A DNA stretch of 63,561 nt, taken from contig JAHFNO010000004.1 of NCBI GenBank assembly GCA_023267275.1, positions 1-63,561 on the forward strand. Reading direction: 5' to 3'. The notes under the pieces were generated by a model, which saw only the letters and a list, made by a program, of their open reading frames with translations, was not told the DNA's origin and did not search any database. Shown here piece after piece: positions 55,718 through 63,561 of this stretch. This stretch comes from Candidatus Nomurabacteria bacterium. GTDB taxonomy: Bacteria > Patescibacteriota > Minisyncoccia > Phycocordibacterales > UBA9973. The translations under genes were made by a program, and so were the position numbers. Within the stretch, counting starts at the first letter, position 1. Every line of letters begins with the position of its first letter.

Positions 55718-58057
55718 TTATTGAGTACTTTTGGTGTCCGTTGAAGTCGTAGGAAGTGGAAGTTTCTTCGCTTTTTCCGTCTTCGTGCTTGCTGGCTTCG
55801 TTGGAGTTGCCGGCTCAGTAAGATTGTTTAAAGCATTTGTTATGTTCTGATTATCTGGAAGTCTTGTGTGCAACGCAGTCAAAATATCATTTGCTTCTTT
55901 TGTATTTCCAGTCTTTTGATCGGCAAGTGCGAGATAATACCATCCATTCAAATACTGATTGTTCAAAGCAACAGTTGCTCTAAATGCACCGATTGCGTCT
56001 GTGTAATTTCCATTCTGGAAATACAACAACCCAAGTTCAAAATACGTATCAGGATTGTTTGCATCGATAAGCGTAGCATCTTGCAATTGTTTTACGGCTG
56101 CTTGCGAATTGCCTGCGGCAGTCTCGATTTGCGACATCAAGAAAAATACATCTGTGTAGTTTGCTTTTGCATCGAGTGCCTTCTTTGCATACACGCGTGC
56201 ATTTGCATTGTCGCCAGAATCAAAATACAACTCAGCAAGACTCAAATAAGTCTTTGGATAATTTGGTGCGAGATTGATTGCACGATTATATGTATCGAGT
56301 GCTGTGTTGAACACACCATCAATCTTGAGTGGAGCAAGCATGCGAAGCAAGTCACCAAATGCAATGTAGTTTGCTGGATCAGATGGATCGAGTGCTATTG
56401 CCTGACGTGCTGAGGCATTTCCTACACTCACTGCAGACTGCAATATTGCCTTAGTATTGTCTTGAGAAAGACTGTTCGATGGCATTGAAATCGTTTTTTG
56501 GATCGATTGCTCTGCAAGCAATACGCGCGTTCTCTCAAACAATGGAATATCGGCAAGATTGATAGCTTGTACAAGATGGGCATCTGCCTTTGCAATATCC
56601 CCCACTTGCGAAGCACGCAATCCTTTTTGATAAAACACAAATGATGCAAAACGCTCAGTCACTGCATATGCTGTTCCGGCCGAGACCATCAAGAGTGCAA
56701 CAATAAAAAAGATAGAAAAGAAACTTGAGCGTTGATCTTTCAAAAAGAAAAGATGCTTTGTATTGATACGCTTTTCTTCAACAAGTGCTCCTATAAAGAT
56801 ACCAACAAAGGCAAACATACATACCGTAACAACGAGACCTGGAGCTGCGATGAGAAGTGCAATGACAAAATAAAGAGCGAGAATAAACAAGCTAAAAATC
56901 ATTTGTCCTGAAACATGATGCTCACCAGCAGATTTACCAAATACCTTTCCAATACTTTCATAGAAGAATGACAAGACAAAGAAAAGAACAGTGAGAATTC
57001 CGAGAATACCACTCAATATTCCAATAGTAAGAAACATGCTTGCGCCAGCGGTAAATGGTGTATCCCAAAGTGTATGCATATTTACTGCAACAGGACGATA
57101 TTTAAGCCATTCACCAAGAAAACGATTTGGACCAATACCAAAAATAGGATGCGCGCGAAGTGAAGATCCTGCAACTTGGAAAGTTGCTGAAATTGATGGG
57201 TGGACATCAATATATGGCACATGTAAAAGTGTAGCAAGCATTCCGCCAACAAGATTGTTTGCAAGAATAAAAAAGAGTGCTACAAGAGAAAGACCAAACG
57301 CAAGAAATGAAAATTGACGCACTTCAGAATTGCGATTGATAATAAGTACGTAAATAAGAATTGATATCGCAGAAAGCCCTACCAAAATCCACACAGTAAA
57401 GATATTGGTCAAAATTACAAAAAAGAGTGCGAACAATCCTCCGACAATAGAAATGAGACGCATGATTTTTTCCGGCTTCATAAATTGAAGCATAAGAACA
57501 AAACCAATGAGCGCTGCGCCGGAAATATATCCGAAATCACCCCATAAACCAATTGGCGAATCGCTACTGTTGAAGAAAATTCCAAGCGTCGTGTGTGCGG
57601 GAAAAATAACATGGAACAATTGGAACAGAGCAAGAATGATATATGCGATAAAAAATGCTTGAAGAAAAGTTATGATGCGCTTTCGCGTAACAAAGAGCAT
57701 GCTTGTAAGTATGAGTCCGAGCGAGAGCGAGCCAAGCACAGCAAATGTGTTTTGCTCAAATCCTTCTCCTAGCAAGGAAAGATACATGGTATGAGAAAAA
57801 AGTGCCGAAAGAAAGAGCGCAAAAACCAAAACACTCGTAGAAAGCAATACTGGAGACCAAGGAATTGAAAACGAGCCTTCAAGAAGACGTCCGAGAAGCC
57901 ACGCAACGAGCGCTACAAGTATTGAAACAACAATGAGATATCCTTTTAACACACCAGTGGAGATAAATCCGCCGGGAATAAAGGCTAGCATCGCGAACAC
58001 TACAGAAAGCGATAGCGCAATAACACTCACACGGTCACACATCTCAAATTTTTTCAT
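55718..58057 (-). CDS. polytopic membrane protein with C-terminal TPR repeats (O-antigen-ligase-like, tentative)
   Basis: About 12 or more TM segments, followed by TPR-like repeats (AINLAPNYPKTYLSLAELYFDSGDNANARVYAKKALDAKANY ..). Confidence 0.6.
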   Translation of the reverse strand: MKKFEMCDRVSVIALSLSVVFAMLAFIPGGFISTGVLKGYLIVVSILVALVAWLLGRLLEGSFSIPWSPVLLSTSVLVFALFLSALFSHTMYLSLLGEGFEQNTFAVLGSLSLGLILTSMLFVTRKRIITFLQAFFIAYIILALFQLFHVIFPAHTTLGIFFNSSDSPIGLWGDFGYISGAALIGFVLMLQFMKPEKIMRLISIVGGLFALFFVILTNIFTVWILVGLSAISILIYVLIINRNSEVRQFSFLAFGLSLVALFFILANNLVGGMLATLLHVPYIDVHPSISATFQVAGSSLRAHPIFGIGPNRFLGEWLKYRPVAVNMHTLWDTPFTAGASMFLTIGILSGILGILTVLFFVLSFFYESIGKVFGKSAGEHHVSGQMIFSLFILALYFVIALLIAAPGLVVTVCMFAFVGIFIGALVEEKRINTKHLFFLKDQRSSFFSIFFIVALLMVSAGTAYAVTERFASFVFYQKGLRASQVGDIAKADAHLVQAINLADIPLFERTRVLLAEQSIQKTISMPSNSLSQDNTKAILQSAVSVGNASARQAIALDPSDPANYIAFGDLLRMLAPLKIDGVFNTALDTYNRAINLAPNYPKTYLSLAELYFDSGDNANARVYAKKALDAKANYTDVFFLMSQIETAAGNSQAAVKQLQDATLIDANNPDTYFELGLLYFQNGNYTDAIGAFRATVALNNQYLNGWYYLALADQKTGNTKEANDILTALHTRLPDNQNITNALNNLTEPATPTKPASTKTEKAKKLPLPTTSTDTKSTQ

Positions 58058-58163
58058 AGGCGTATAGTAAAATCCTTAGTAATAAATGAAAGTCTTTCTC
58101 GAAGCTCTCGTTCAAGAATTGTAGCATATTCCCATATGAAATCATCCCCACACTAGAACACGA

Positions 58164-58206
58164 CATTACAAGGTCTTGCCTTGTTACAAGGCAAGACCTT
58201 GTAATG
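58164..58206. repeat. REPIN-like palindrome flanking the RAYT-like gene (3' side)
   Basis: CATTACAAGGTCTTGCCTTGT-T-ACAAGGCAAGACCTTGTAATG. It overlaps the last codons of the gene. Confidence 0.85.
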
Positions 58207-58861
58207 TGGGGACATAACTTATCCAGTCAAAAATCTCCTTATTAAATAAGCTTTTTTCGGGAAAATAATCTGGAAAGGCACTTCTATTTAGAATTTTCCC
58301 CTCTTTCCTTTCTGAAAGAGAATAGTCTAAATAACTTGAGTAATGATACAAAGAAAGATATTCAAGTGCTTTATTTTTATCTTGAATTCCAATCTTTTTC
58401 CAATGAGGATCTATCAATCCTACTGGATTTAAGTGTATATAAGAAAAAAGGTATTTAAGATATTCATCAGAAGAAGCATGTTTTGATTTAAATTTTCCTT
58501 CGAATAAACTTCCTGTTCGAGAATACTTTTTGTTGTAATACATTACATATGCAGTTGAAACTTTTTGCATAAAAAGACTAACGTCCCCGTCTTCAGATGG
58601 CGTAATGAGTAAGTGAAAATGATTTGGCATTAAACAATAAGCACCAATTGAAATAATTGGTTTTTCTTTTTCTGTCTCAAAAAATCCTTTTTCCCCAAGG
58701 ATTGATTTGATTCTTAATTTTTGATTATCATTACACACATATAAAAGACCGACGAATCTTTCGTAATCTTGTCTGTCATGAAAAATTTCCTGCTTACTAT
58801 TACCACGATTGTATACATGATAATATTCGCCAACTGCAAATGATATTTTGCGTACTGACAT
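58184..58861 (-). CDS. IS200-like Y1 (HUH) transposase of the REP-associated (RAYT) type
   Basis: YHVYNRGN.., HUH motif LMPNHFHLLI, SRTGSLFEGKFKS, and a Tyr motif YIHLNPV. Confidence 0.8.
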   Translation of the reverse strand: MSVRKISFAVGEYYHVYNRGNSKQEIFHDRQDYERFVGLLYVCNDNQKLRIKSILGEKGFFETEKEKPIISIGAYCLMPNHFHLLITPSEDGDVSLFMQKVSTAYVMYYNKKYSRTGSLFEGKFKSKHASSDEYLKYLFSYIHLNPVGLIDPHWKKIGIQDKNKALEYLSLYHYSSYLDYSLSERKEGKILNRSAFPDYFPEKSLFNKEIFDWISYVPTLQGLAL

Positions 58862-58880
58862 AATCTAATTAAGTTACTTC

Positions 58881-58923
58881 AATTACAAGGTCTTGCCTTG
58901 TAACAAGGCAAGACCTTGTAATT
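58881..58923. repeat. REPIN-like palindrome flanking the RAYT-like gene (5' side)
   Basis: AATTACAAGGTCTTGCCTTGT-A-ACAAGGCAAGACCTTGTAATT. It overlaps the stop codon of the giant gene. Confidence 0.85.
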
Positions 58924-61900
58924 ATGGGGTGGTCGCAGTTGTTGTGTCTGTGACTGCAGGCGTGGTTGTATCGGTTGTCGTCGGAGTAGTTACCGAAGTA
59001 GATGAAGTTGAGTCGGTGGTTGTACTTCCCGAAGTTGTTGCCGTACTTCCTGAAGTGGTACTGGTCGTACTACTTGTATCAGTAGTAGGCGTTGTAGTTG
59101 TATCAGTCGTCGTCGAAGAACTTACAGTGGAAGGATCAAGTAAAGTTGTCGAGGTTGTACTCGAATCAGTTGTGGTTGTTGGGGAGGTAGTCGTAGTAGA
59201 GGTTGTTGTTGTAGTAGCAGAAGATGTTCCTCCTGAAGTCGATGGTGTTGTCGAAATAGAAACTGTTCCACATTCCCCTGCCGTACTTACCGGTACACCA
59301 TTGGTAACAGTCAAACAATATGGCTGTTTTGAAACTGTATCGTAGAGAGTAATTCCGGCTGGCTTGTCTGCAGAACCAATATGTAATGTTTCAAGCGTAA
59401 GATCTTTGATTTTGATTGTGGCATCTTTCAAATATGTTGTAACAAGATTTGCGAGCGAACCATCAAGATTTGGATCGATTGAAGAAAGTGGTTGAATCTT
59501 CAAATCAAGCTCTTTGATAGCCTGCACAATAATTGCAGTAAATCCTTGATAATTCAAACCGTAGGTTACATCTGGAGTGAGATATGTTGGAGGATTGACC
59601 GTAACAAGATTTGGAAGAATAGTACTTACATCTTGAGCAATAAATCCAAATTGCTGCTGTGTTGTTCCTGTTCCTGGAAGAGTTGTATCTTTCCAGTAGT
59701 ACGATACTGGACTCAATCTTTCGATTGCAGAAAGTCCTGTTGCAGTATCAAGTGGAGTAATTTCTTTTTTTAAACGAACGTCAGATACTGGTGTGTTACA
59801 GAGAAGCAATCCTGTTGAGTCATATCCAAGAGCATGAGTACCGTCATTACATGCTGTACCAGGCGTTATTCCCGAGAATGTTATCGCTGAACCAGTAAAA
59901 TTGATTGCTCCGGATGAAGTTACTCCAGTAAATCCAGTCGCGACACCAAGCGAACTAATATCCCAATAGTTTGTATCTATTGCAACAGTCGCTGCACCAC
60001 CACCAATCGAAATGAGTCCTGTTGATGTACCAGTACCAATGTTTGTTGGCTGGTTGTTACTTGCATTCAATGAGAGTCCGCCAGAACCGGAGAGAATTGT
60101 TGTTGTAGAACTTGTCGTAGAAGATCCGAGGTTGACTGTTTTTATTCCCACAGCATTTCCAATACTAATTGTTTGTGTACCAGTTCCACCAAGAGTAACT
60201 GAACCGGTTGTTGTCCCCCCACCAATACTTACAGTGTTTGTAGAACTATTGTCATTGAGACTAATTGTTCCACCAGCAGATGTAATACCTACAGCAGCAG
60301 CAATCGCTCCACTTGAATTGACTTGGAAAAGTGAACCCGATCCCACACTAAACATTGCAAGTGGAGATGTTGTACCGATACCTACAGTACTATCATTTCG
60401 AACAAAGAAGATACTTGAACCAGTACTATCAGCAACGTTCAATGCCGAATTTGAAGAAGTAGCGTCTGTGCCATTTATAGAAAGTCGAGAAGTTGGAGTC
60501 GAATTGTTAATACCAATATTTCCATCATTTCGTACGAAGAAATTACTATTACCAGCACTGTCGGTAACATTCAATCCTGAGTTTGAAGAAGTGGCATCAG
60601 ATCCTTTTATAACAAGTCGAGATGTAGCAGTAGTAGAACCGATTGCCACATTACCTCCTGAAATAATTCTCATAACTTCTGCGTTGTTTGCACCAAGTCG
60701 CAAATCCGCATTTTGTCGATTATAAATCGATGCAAGGTCTCCAGCACTTGTAAACTCATGTGAGTTTACACTAATCGAAAGTGTATCAGCCGCTGAACTA
60801 TTTCCGATATGAATTTCGTTGGTAGCGGTACTTCCGGTAGAAGAGTTGAGTAGTGCGAGACTTGTTTTGACTCCAGAAATACTTCCAGTGACGCTCAATG
60901 TTTTTGCACTCGCACCATCGTCGTAAGCAAAGTTTGATGAAGCACCAAATACTCCCGAGTTGTTAAATTGAATCTGTGTGTTTGATCCCGCAGCTGAAGT
61001 ACTTGCTCCACATGCACCCCATGCTGGCAATCCACTTGAAACAACGAGACATTGTCCTGCTGATCCAATTGCAAGACGCGCTGGAGTAGAAGTAGCTGCT
61101 GTTGTTGAACCATAAATAATATCACCTGTAGTTGTCATCGGATTCGCCATTCCAGTGGCGGAGTTTGCAGTCCAACTCAGTGTTCCAGAACCGTTTGTTT
61201 GCAAAATTTGTCCAGATGTTCCATCTGCGCTTGGAAGTGTAAAGGTTACCGAAGAAGTAATACCAGAAGCAGGAGCTTTAAATGCAATGTAGTTTGTACC
61301 TGCAGTAGAACCTTCTTGGAATCGAAGTTCCCCCGCTGTGTTGTTTGCATTACTCAAAAACATGTTTCCATTTTTTACTTCAAATGCAACACTCGGAGCT
61401 GCTGTTCCAATACCCACACGAGCATTGGTCGTATCAACATCGAGAATACTTGTTGTTCCATCTGTCTTTGTAAAGTTGAAACCAGCGGCAAGACCTGATG
61501 TGAGTTGATTTATTACCAAACCTCCACCCGAACCAACAGTGAATTTCACTGCGTTCGTAGCATCATATCCAAGACGAAGTTGTTCTGTTGTTTTAAGAAT
61601 ATGCAATGGTGCTGAAGGCGTGACAGTACCAATACCGACGTTACCACCACTAAATGTAGCAGCGTAGGTCACACTTGCTGGAACAGCAACAGACAATGCT
61701 GCCTTTGAAATAGCGACTGTATTGATACCAACTTGACCACCGTTTGTTGCCATAAGTGTTGGTGCCAAACTTGTACTACCACGATCAACCATAAATGAAG
61801 CATATGTGATTCGAGATGCTGCTGATCCGGTACATGATCCGCCAAATGGAGGAGATGACACTGAACTCAATCGAATCAAACTTGCAGTTGTTGAAATAGT

Positions 61901-63561
61901 ATATGGAAGACCCCAGCTTGCAGTAGTTGAGTTATCACTAAATATCATCAAACCATGTTGTGGCCAACCAGTTGCTCCTGCCAAACTAAATGTTGCAGTA
62001 GAACCAGTACATGCACCAGCGCCGCCACCACCAAAGAGAGCTCCGCCGGAAGCCGCAGCGCCGTTTGAAGAAACTTCCAGTCCAGCATATGCTGCACCAG
62101 CCCATGTCGCATTTACACCCACATTTCCGGTACTACCTGAAACTGAGTTTACAGTATCTGTAGAAGTTTGTAATAACACGTCACCGAACAATGCACCTAT
62201 GTTGCTTGTAGAAGTTGAAATAAGACTACCTGGTATACCTCCGTTCAATTTTACAGATCCACCGGCACCAGGTGTTGCGTTACTTGTTCCTCCCACTCCT
62301 CCAGTAAGTGTCACGGCTCCACCCACTCCACCTGCTGCTCCAACAGTAGCGTTGTTTTGAACACCTCCCACTCCTCCAGTAATGAGTGCTGCTGAACCAT
62401 CTCCAGCAGGAGTACCTGCACTGTTGATTGTTCCTCCAACTCCTCCAGTAACAACAAATGTATTATCTGCCGCGCCAGATCCTGTAGCATTCGCACCAAC
62501 GACGTTCAAATATGCAGTAGGTGTGCTTGTTCCAAAACCAACATAGCCGGAAGCATTCGGAACGATAATCGCATATGGCGTACCACCTGTTGCACTCACT
62601 TTCAACCCAACATTTACTGAGTTTGCTCCACTACTTGTATTAGAAATAACAGCACCATATGAAGTTCCACCTGAAATTGTCTGTGTACCGTTCATGGTAA
62701 GACCAAGCAATGTTGCTCCGTTTGCAACTGTTGACGTACTTGCGGAAGTCACACCGAGAGTAAGTGCTGTTCCTGTGGTAAGTCCATTGAAATTCCAAGT
62801 TGTATTTGAGTTTGTTGTTGTTGTAAAACCGTTTGCCCCGGTGACAGTGGGTACACTAATAGCCGACAAAGCTGATGAACCTCCGGCAAGAGCCCAAGAC
62901 ATATTTCCTGATCCATCACTCACGAGCGCATAACCAGAAACAGCTGGATATGCGTTTGGAAGCGTATACACCAAACTACTTGCACTACTTGCTGATTTAA
63001 GTGTAGTGGTATTTGATCCGGAATTATATAAAACCAATGAGCCTGGTGTTCCAGCTTTTCCGAGAGATAAATTTCCACTTGTATCCAAATTCAACAATGA
63101 AGATGTGAGTGTGAGCGCGTTACTTGATCCAATATTCCATGCCGAAGGTGCTGCACCAGTGAGATTCAATGCTCCAGCAGAAGTTACAGCGAGTGTTCTT
63201 GTTCCTGAAGCACCCGTAGTTGAAAGTGTGAGTGGTCCGGTTGCATCAGTGATAGTCAATCCACCAGTTGTTGGACCGGTGATGGTGCGGAGAGAAGTAC
63301 CGTTAAAAGTAATGTCACCTCCTTGAGTGAGCAAACCAGTACCAGTCGTGATTGGTCCATTGCCTGTTGTTTGCAGTGAGAGAGTATGTGTAGCACCGAG
63401 ATCAAATAATGAATCTGCTGCACCAGTGAGATTCAATGCTCCAGCAGAAGTTACAGCGAGTGTTCTTGTTCCTGAAGCACCCGTAGTTGAAAGTGTGAGT
63501 GGTCCGGTTGCATCAGTGATAGTCAATCCACCAGTTGTTGGACCGGTGATGGTGCGGAGAG
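58922..63561 (-). CDS. giant Thr/Ser/Gly-rich surface fibre protein, 5' end outside the window (more than 1,540 aa)
   Basis: The ORF is open to the window edge. The track's 'M' is an internal TTG (..GGLTITDATG..). Contains tail-fibre-like blocks (TFTLPSADGTSGQILQTNGSGTLSW) and an S74-like C-terminal domain. Confidence 0.85.
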   Translation of the reverse strand, partial: LRTITGPTTGGLTITDATGPLTLSTTGASGTRTLAVTSAGALNLTGAADSLFDLGATHTLSLQTTGNGPITTGTGLLTQGGDITFNGTSLRTITGPTTGGLTITDATGPLTLSTTGASGTRTLAVTSAGALNLTGAAPSAWNIGSSNALTLTSSLLNLDTSGNLSLGKAGTPGSLVLYNSGSNTTTLKSASSASSLVYTLPNAYPAVSGYALVSDGSGNMSWALAGGSSALSAISVPTVTGANGFTTTTNSNTTWNFNGLTTGTALTLGVTSASTSTVANGATLLGLTMNGTQTISGGTSYGAVISNTSSGANSVNVGLKVSATGGTPYAIIVPNASGYVGFGTSTPTAYLNVVGANATGSGAADNTFVVTGGVGGTINSAGTPAGDGSAALITGGVGGVQNNATVGAAGGVGGAVTLTGGVGGTSNATPGAGGSVKLNGGIPGSLISTSTSNIGALFGDVLLQTSTDTVNSVSGSTGNVGVNATWAGAAYAGLEVSSNGAAASGGALFGGGGAGACTGSTATFSLAGATGWPQHGLMIFSDNSTTASWGLPYTISTTASLIRLSSVSSPPFGGSCTGSAASRITYASFMVDRGSTSLAPTLMATNGGQVGINTVAISKAALSVAVPASVTYAATFSGGNVGIGTVTPSAPLHILKTTEQLRLGYDATNAVKFTVGSGGGLVINQLTSGLAAGFNFTKTDGTTSILDVDTTNARVGIGTAAPSVAFEVKNGNMFLSNANNTAGELRFQEGSTAGTNYIAFKAPASGITSSVTFTLPSADGTSGQILQTNGSGTLSWTANSATGMANPMTTTGDIIYGSTTAATSTPARLAIGSAGQCLVVSSGLPAWGACGASTSAAGSNTQIQFNNSGVFGASSNFAYDDGASAKTLSVTGSISGVKTSLALLNSSTGSTATNEIHIGNSSAADTLSISVNSHEFTSAGDLASIYNRQNADLRLGANNAEVMRIISGGNVAIGSTTATSRLVIKGSDATSSNSGLNVTDSAGNSNFFVRNDGNIGINNSTPTSRLSINGTDATSSNSALNVADSTGSSIFFVRNDSTVGIGTTSPLAMFSVGSGSLFQVNSSGAIAAAVGITSAGGTISLNDNSSTNTVSIGGGTTTGSVTLGGTGTQTISIGNAVGIKTVNLGSSTTSSTTTILSGSGGLSLNASNNQPTNIGTGTSTGLISIGGGAATVAIDTNYWDISSLGVATGFTGVTSSGAINFTGSAITFSGITPGTACNDGTHALGYDSTGLLLCNTPVSDVRLKKEITPLDTATGLSAIERLSPVSYYWKDTTLPGTGTTQQQFGFIAQDVSTILPNLVTVNPPTYLTPDVTYGLNYQGFTAIIVQAIKELDLKIQPLSSIDPNLDGSLANLVTTYLKDATIKIKDLTLETLHIGSADKPAGITLYDTVSKQPYCLTVTNGVPVSTAGECGTVSISTTPSTSGGTSSATTTTTSTTTTSPTTTTDSSTTSTTLLDPSTVSSSTTTDTTTTPTTDTSSTTSTTSGSTATTSGSTTTDSTSSTSVTTPTTTDTTTPAVTDTTTATTP
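58925..59257 (-). other. C-terminal Thr/Ser low-complexity tail of the giant protein
   Basis: STTPSTSGGTSSATTTTTSTTTTSPTTTTDSSTT...TTTATTP*. Confidence 0.8.
59492..59788 (-). other. peptidase-S74-like intramolecular chaperone domain (phage tail fibre / endosialidase type)
   Basis: VSDVRLKKEITPLDTATGLSAIERLSPVSYYWKD..FGFIAQDVSTILPNLV..GLNYQGFTAIIVQAIKELDLKIQ. Confidence 0.7.
63151..63561 (-). repeat. perfect 144-bp direct repeat with a 267-bp (89-aa) period, continuing past the window end
   Basis: 63151-63294 and 63418-63561 are identical. They encode LTITDATGPLTLSTTGASGTRTLAVTSAGALNLTGAA. Confidence 0.9.

Noticed and set aside
58893-63326. Val/Pro-rich plus-strand ORFs (58893-59345, 60012-60725, 61806-62360, 62694-62933, 63006-63326).
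   Set aside because: They are the antisense reading of the Thr/Ser/Gly-rich giant gene. Their extreme composition mirrors it, and no independent signals support them.
1-63561. An alternative genetic code (UGA recoding, as in some CPR lineages).
   Set aside because: Long conserved genes are uninterrupted under the standard code, and TGA, TAA and TAG all terminate well-supported ORFs. For example, the ABC permease ends in TGA.

Overview
This is an AT-rich bacterial chromosome segment that uses the standard genetic code; rpoB, rpoC, dnaE and gyrB are long and intact, and genes end in TAA, TAG or TGA. The content suggests a small-genome CPR/Patescibacteria-like organism, but that is inference only. 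The clues are compact housekeeping genes, many small membrane-anchored orphan genes, a giant surface-fibre gene, a NusB-Nudix fusion and few Shine-Dalgarno (SD) sites.

Housekeeping backbone: rpoD-dnaG (1.0-4.2 kb, minus strand), rpoC-rpoB (5.5-12.4 kb, minus strand), trmD, a MacAB-like ABC efflux trio, typA, a KH-domain protein, rpsP, rnr, capA, a short smc, rnc, nusB-nudix, rpmF, asparaginase, rnhB, dnaE, thrS, a YjjX-type ITPase and gyrB.

Accessory content:
- two IS30-family copies (one cut by the window edge, one complete with inverted repeats)
- an IS200-like/RAYT transposase flanked by REPIN-like palindromes
- an orphan MazF-like toxin and a SWIB-domain protein
- several orphan-gene cassettes bounded by reused hairpins
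- a giant Thr/Ser/Gly-rich fibre protein of more than 1,540 aa with a phage-tail-fibre-type (S74-like) C-terminal chaperone domain

I found no rRNA, tRNA, CRISPR array, cas gene or recognisable defence system.

The most unusual signal is not a gene cluster but the non-coding architecture:
1. Arrays of 7-nt units that each start with a stop triplet (TAGGCNN or TAAAGTN types). They begin exactly at the stop codons of several genes.
2. A conserved 38-39-nt ACTTT-repeat module lying 2-6 nt upstream of the start codons of rnc, smc and capA. One such intergenic stem encloses a frameshifted 23S-IVS-protein gene next to rnc.
3. A GC-rich SD/anti-SD-like palindromic element family. It occurs in spacers and also in frame inside rnr, and probably inside typA.

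All family calls come from motif recognition by eye. No database search was run.
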